A stretch of DNA of 64,000 bases, from contig OZ024745.1 in NCBI GenBank assembly GCA_964016885.1, forward strand, positions 51,832,001 through 51,896,000. The letters are read 5' to 3'. Below, in pieces: positions 56,971 through 64,000 of the stretch. The first letter of the stretch is position 1. Every line of letters begins with the position of its first letter. Under the pieces are notes generated by a model that saw only the letters and a list, made by a program, of their open reading frames with translations, was not told the origin of the DNA and did not search any database. Source of the DNA: Eledone cirrhosa. Lineage: Eukaryota. Both the position numbers and the translations under genes were made by a program.

Positions 56971-57418
56971 GGATTTATTCTACATATATGTCTGTATATA
57001 TATATATATGGATATTTGTATCGTTAATTCCTAAATGCAATTATGCGGTCACAGCTAAATTATGAGGTTAAAGATTTACTCACATGTTCACACACAATAT
57101 TGTTCACTTAATACATGCTAAACACTAAATTATTGAAACATCTTATCATTTTCTAAAATGTTTAGATGGTAGAAAAGATAAATCTTGGTTGATGTGCAAT
57201 GGAGAACTTTTCTCCCAAATTTAATTACTTCTAATTACCTGTACAGCTCTACTAAAAACATTAAATATGTTTCTTCATTAATAAAACGCATCTGAATCCG
57301 TTCCCCATGGATACTCTATAGAATACTACTTGAATGGAAATTTAAACTGAAATGTTATTTAATAGTCTGACTCCGAAATATATTGAAAATACATGAACGG
57401 ACATCCGGACAAGTGTCT

Positions 57419-57532
<114 letters not shown>

Positions 57533-58161
57533 TACATATGTATTCTATACAAACACACAATCATTATATTTAATATTTATGCTTTAAAATGATTCAAATT
57601 TATGCCAGTTCCTAGGAAATGGGAGATGCATTCAATATATTCTAAATCTATACTAATTTCTATACGTGCCAGTTTTTCGATTTTTATTTTCTCTTTATGA
57701 AATTTATTTTAAAGTGAAGGAAATCTTGTGCTCATCACCTTCCTCGGCGTTACAGTCTAGTGAATATAAATCATGAAATCAAATACTATTTGAGATATTG
57801 ACTGCTTGATAAACGTTTATTGAGTTGCAACGTTTAATCAGAATCAACCATTCCGCAACACGTTATGCATGATGCTCGCTGAAGTAGATTCCAAAGATTA
57901 CAAACCTCAAGAGATAGTTTTTATTGTAAAAAGGTTAACATATATGTATAGACACACTGAATATACTTGCCAATTATGTTTATTCAATTATATCATATGT
58001 GCGAAGCAGTGTAAATGACCGGCGGTCGGTAGAACATCGTGGAGTATACACTGATTTAACTAGATTGTAGCAAATTAATACTGTTCATAATGTTTGCTTA
58101 CGCACTTATACTAAATATTACCTTGCAATTACGGACACACACACATACGTACACGCACAAG

Positions 58162-58207
<46 letters not shown>

Positions 58208-58240
58208 GACACGCACACACACACACAATTTCTCTCGCTC

Positions 58241-58278
<38 letters not shown>

Positions 58279-59114
58279 CTATATATATGTATGTCTATAT
58301 GTACATGTATGCAAGTATGTTGACTAACTTGAGTTGATTTTACAGAGCTTCAATGAAAATGAATGTTGAATTTGAATGAAACTCACACAACGTAATATAT
58401 ATATTATTCCACTTCTGATGTGGTAACCCGTGCCGCAGTACCAGTACAGTAAACATAAATTGCGAAGGCTTGACTTACTTAATGTATTTTATTTACAAAG
58501 TTGTTGTAATACGTATTCCTGTTGCGTTATTAACTATGTAATGTTGGCATAACGAATTTATTCACACAACTTCTTCAGATAGCATCTTAGATCATCATTT
58601 GTTATGTGATATATTTCTAATGCAATAAAGGCTATTGGTAAGAGGAGGGACTTGTATTTGATGTTGCTCTTGAAAACGTTTTTCCACGGGGCAAATGTAA
58701 ATAATTGTGTGTTGGTAAATATGTATTACAGTGTATTAGGTAATAACATGAATTATGTGAATCAAGATATCTCCTACATTCATATATGACCTCGCATTCA
58801 TATCGTATATACCTCCATAAACATTCGTATTATGAAGGAGGCAGAGATAGGGCTACTGCTAATTAATTCTACCTAGTCAAGTACATATTATATGGAAATG
58901 TTTTATACGAAAAAGAAACAAACAAAAAAACATCATGTAAGCCTATCACTTATCGTTCTCTAACTACGGAATGAGTAAATATCCCCGATAATAGATAAAG
59001 TATCCAAAACACGTTTCACATTCTTGCGTCTACTGCGATATCCATGATATGATCGCAGCTTAAATCCTTCTTAGAGGGATATCTCTTTCTGTCTCTCTAT
59101 CTATCCCTCTCTCT

Positions 59115-59194
<80 letters not shown>

Positions 59195-59236
59195 TGTATA
59201 TATTTAAAAGAATAGAGGTGTAACACACAAGTTATG

Positions 59237-59668
59237 ATATATTGGTAAACGGAAAAGAAAATGCTGACAAATTGTTCACAGTGAAACATAGTTTAATTAG
59301 GAATAAGTGAGAATTAGTAATAGTATTGGTTAGTATTCAGTTCTGGTTTTACGTTTTACCGGTTGCGCATTTCAAATGCTTTTCAAAAATAATTTTGAGC
59401 TAGAGCGTCCGTGATCTTTGCTCCTAATCTGAGCAACATCACGGACGCTCTATCTCAAAATTATTTTTGAAAAGCATTAGAAATGCGCAACCTCACGGAC
59501 GCTCTATCTCAAAATTATTTTTGAAAATCATTAGAAATGCGCAACCGGTAAAACTTAAAATCAAAACTGAATACTAACCAATACTATTACTAATTCTCAC
59601 TTATTCCTAATTAAACTATTTTTCGCTGTGAACAATTTGTCAGCATGTTCTTTTCCGTTTACCAATAT
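59237..59668. repeat. Fold-back element (~185-bp arms, 7-nt loop) with a 54-bp tandem duplication in the right arm, TA-flanked
   Basis: Arms 59237-59423 and 59431-59668; TCACGGACGCTC at 59439 and 59493. Confidence 0.85.
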
Positions 59669-59766
59669 ATATATATATATATATGAGTGTATGTGTGTGT
59701 CTATGTATGCATGTTTGCTAAAGTAAATGGAATCAACAAAGCAAACAACACCTCACAATAAAGAAT

Positions 59767-59812
<46 letters not shown>

Positions 59813-60876
59813 ATACGTATCTATATATATATATATGTATATATATAGATAGATAGATAGATATGTTCGTATGTTTGTTTGGTTGTGTGTGAGGAGAGAA
59901 GAGATAATTGTAAATTTCCTTTGCTTTGAATATTGCTCTCTCCATCTGCTCTGATTTGCCGTCTAATCGTTCATCTTCACTGCCTTGGCGAGGATTTTAT
60001 TTAATAGTATTGACATATCGGTACATAACCAGCGCGGCACTGATGTATTATGCATGCCTTACTTTAGATCAGTATTATAATCGTGCGGTGTCCAAATTCA
60101 CTCATATATTATATCAAACATGCCGAGAAAAAATCATTACGCTAAACCTCTTTCTTGTAGTCACATCTTGTTGAAATTGAATTAGGTCGTTGATTTGAAA
60201 TTAAAGGAAACTATCACCGTTTAGGTTCATGTATTTCTCTATCAATATATCTAATCAAATCAGAATAGCTGATGACCTCATCCAAAAGAGCGCATTAATG
60301 AACAAATGTGTTTGTCAGTTGTAATATATGCAATGAGATTAATTTTGATAATTAAAAATTTAATATCCATTACATCGTACGTAATTAGAACGATATGCAC
60401 TACTTTATTTACAAGGAACATTATCCGATATTCATTCAAATTTTGATGGAAGAAATTATTGGATTATAGCTATTGATCTTTTGAAGAAGATGCATCTTAT
60501 TTAACCCGAAATGATGATTATATGACCAATTGATAATTCCTCATTATATATATATTACGGTGTCGAGTGAGGCATTTACACGGGAAGTTGAAAGTGGTTT
60601 CAGTCGGCGAAATAATATTGTTTCAAACTTGTATTATCTTACAACATCTGAATTGAGCAAACCATCATCTTTAGTTCAATTAGAAATGTAATATATCTCA
60701 CAAAAGCAACTGGGTAAACAGCTTTCGATGTTTCACATGTAAAAATCATTTAGAAAAAAAGGTTAAATATATCGCGTATAGACCAGCGTCCCAGCAAAGC
60801 AATTGTGATACACATAAAAATAGATAGATATTTCAGCGCATATATGTACTCGCTCTTGCATACATGCAAAGAGGGA

Positions 60877-61493
<617 letters not shown>

Positions 61494-62802
61494 AGACACC
61501 CACAGCCGCATAAACATACGTCTATGTTTGTTTGCATATACCTACTTATATGTATGGGTATGTCTATATTTATGTAAGGTTATCCAAAATAGAGATTTCA
61601 GAATAAACTTGATGTTGCAAAGAATGACACACATTTCTCCTTTATTGAACATTATTACCGAGATAAAATTTTCATTTTAGGATTTCAAATCTGTAATTCA
61701 TATTATGAAAACATATAACTAAAGAAATAAAAGTGAAATAATATATATATATATATTACGTCCTTTTATTGTTAATACAGAATGCTAATAGGTATTTTAC
61801 TTATTTGAAATAAAGCTAATGATTTTTCTAATTGAAATAATTCAGAACGAAGAATGAAAGTAACTAAAAGAGATGCAATTACTTTGACATACTGATATGA
61901 CAATATATTGTTTGACTTCTATAACATAATATAATTACTAAATTACTAACGTTTTTGGAATTTCGATATCGTTTTCTGTACAATCAAGGTTAGTTTATTA
62001 CATTGCAGTAACTCGAATAGAAATTAAGGCAGCCAAGCCCGATTACTCTTGTCTTATATATGACAGATTTTCATTAGTTAGTTCTAGTGCCATTAGCCAG
62101 AGTATTTTATAAACAAACATGCATAGGTATGCATACATAGCCATGAGCCAACACTCACACTTATATATATTAGACTCACACATACACACAAACAGACACA
62201 CGCGCACACACACATATCTATATATGTATATTATACTAATGTTATGTAATGTTGCGTATATATATATCTATATGTTATGTTTATGAAGAAAATAGGAAAT
62301 ATGTATATTCATTCCATTTATAACGCGTATCTACAAACTTTCTCTCGTTTTCTCAGTTTATATATCTTTATAGATCTGTTTAAGTGAGTTTTCTGCAATG
62401 AGACATATTCACTGAAAACGTCCAATATAGTCTATATAGTTGTGGTATTATTAGATTTGCAGTTCTTTGATCACATTATAATACGAAAGAATTTTTAATG
62501 ACTTTTAGCCTTATCACTTGTAAAATGATCAAATAAGAGTGCTCATTCGTTGTGGTTTCAGTAACAATCCGGTTGCTTAAAATGATTAGCTAGTGGAATT
62601 TAATTGTCGAACAAATCAAGAATACGTAAATATAAACGTGTAATGGCATGTTAAAATCTTCATGTTTGCGACATGGATAATATCAAACATTGTCCTCAAT
62701 TATCATATGAGTTTATGAGAAACGAATATTACATAGTAGGTTGAATATAATATATCAGGATGCTGGTAACATAATTTTGCAGAAAAATATTGCACATTCC
62801 CA

Positions 62803-62887
62803 CTACGCTATTTAATTAGTTAACTCTTCTTGAGGTGTGAATTTTTACTTCCCACCTCAAGAAGAGTTAAGTAATTAAATAGCGTAG
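62803..62887. repeat. Isolated hairpin (~35-bp arms)
   Basis: CTACGCTATTTAATTA.TTAACTCTTCTTGAGGTG versus CACCTCAAGAAGAGTTAA.TAATTAAATAGCGTAG. Confidence 0.75.
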
Positions 62888-64000
62888 AAAGGATGTTCCG
62901 CAGAATAATAATTACCAACATCTTTCGAAATCATTGCACCAGTGGCTTCTGATATTCTCTGTTTAATGTACCTGATTCAAATGAAGTTTTAGGCTTCTAT
63001 CATCTTATCTCTTCACCCACTCGACATGATCAAAAGCATTGCGTCATGGGCATAGAGGCATGTGTGGTTTTATAAATTCTATATAATGGATATCATAAAT
63101 ATACATATCACACATACACGGTTATCATTTCTATGAATTAGGTTTTCAGAAAATTGACTAACTACCGCAATCCAATATTCTAGATAAAATGGCTAAAATG
63201 CTCTACATGGTTATCAATATATAACCTGAAATTTATTTACAGTTTAATACAATGTGAAGCCTTGTGGCCAATAAAGTACTTTCTTGTAAGGGTCACTTTT
63301 CATTGAAAGTTTGTATTATATGAATACAAAAAGCTCCGAAATTATCGTCGAGCATTTGTGACATTTACATTTGTAGATTTCTTTTAAAATATTAAGTTAC
63401 AAAATTGCAAAAATAAAACCCACCATAATAACAACAAACACGGCTTAAGTACGATCAACTCAATAACGTATAGGCATCCTGTCAAAGAAGGATCGAGAAT
63501 CCATCACCAGAACAACCGCTTTCAAAACAATAATATTAACGGAAACATATACAAAACCGATTGCAGAAACAGTTAGAGCACGATCCCCTACGCAACCAAC
63601 ACTTCACCGTCCAAAAGCAGAACCAAAATCTCAACGGAAAACTCCACTTGTTTATGTTCTTGTCTTATCATATGTTCTTGTCGTCTATTATTTGATTCCA
63701 GCTTATTAAAATCAACTTGTGATGTAACATAATCTAATGCATATTAAAATATATAAACGTTGCCGTGAACATTAAAACTGTCACAAAAGTTTCTATTTTA
63801 TGTGAATGAGATTCTCAAGCATACATCTATATGGAATACGCAGTTACAAAATTTGTCAAAAGACCTTATTTAATCTTTGAGAAGAACACTAACTCTCAAA
63901 ACGAATTCAATATCGTCGACGTTTTTATAAACATACGGAAAATTGAAACTAAATACGAACGCGAACAAATAATAAATATAAGTGTGTAATTGTAGGCGTA

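Noticed and set aside
63400-64000. Possible mariner-like relic at the window end
   Set aside because: No convincing translatable motif or paired TIR.

Overview
AT-rich, repeat-dense eukaryotic intergenic or intronic DNA. No host protein-coding gene, rRNA, true tRNA or CRISPR can be supported. The (TA)n/(CA)n/(AAT)n load and the SINE/LINE repertoire suggest a cephalopod (Octopus-like) genome; this is inference. The window holds about 12 copies of a tRNA-derived SINE and two long decayed Penelope-like elements (PLEs; RT plus GIY-YIG), plus a third GIY-YIG fragment. It also holds a 5'-inverted RTE LINE with a target-site duplication (TSD), a near full-length Tx1/L1-type LINE and a deleted relative, a young Dong/R4 LINE inserted in (TAA)n, and mariner, Chapaev and hAT relics. 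The main signal is a set of unrelated non-coding elements sitting in (TA)n tracts that carry type I hammerhead ribozyme (HHR) motifs. Several have long, covarying stem II arms or a compensatory U3-A8 core. They occur as tandem, circularly permuted units and as fold-back insertions with recurrent end points, consistent with PLE-mobilised retrozyme-like RNAs inserted by two-ended priming on self-complementary (TA)n. A Naiad-like PLE also has a single in-frame TGA at a conserved Cys, a candidate selenocysteine. All folds and translations were read by eye and coordinates are approximate.
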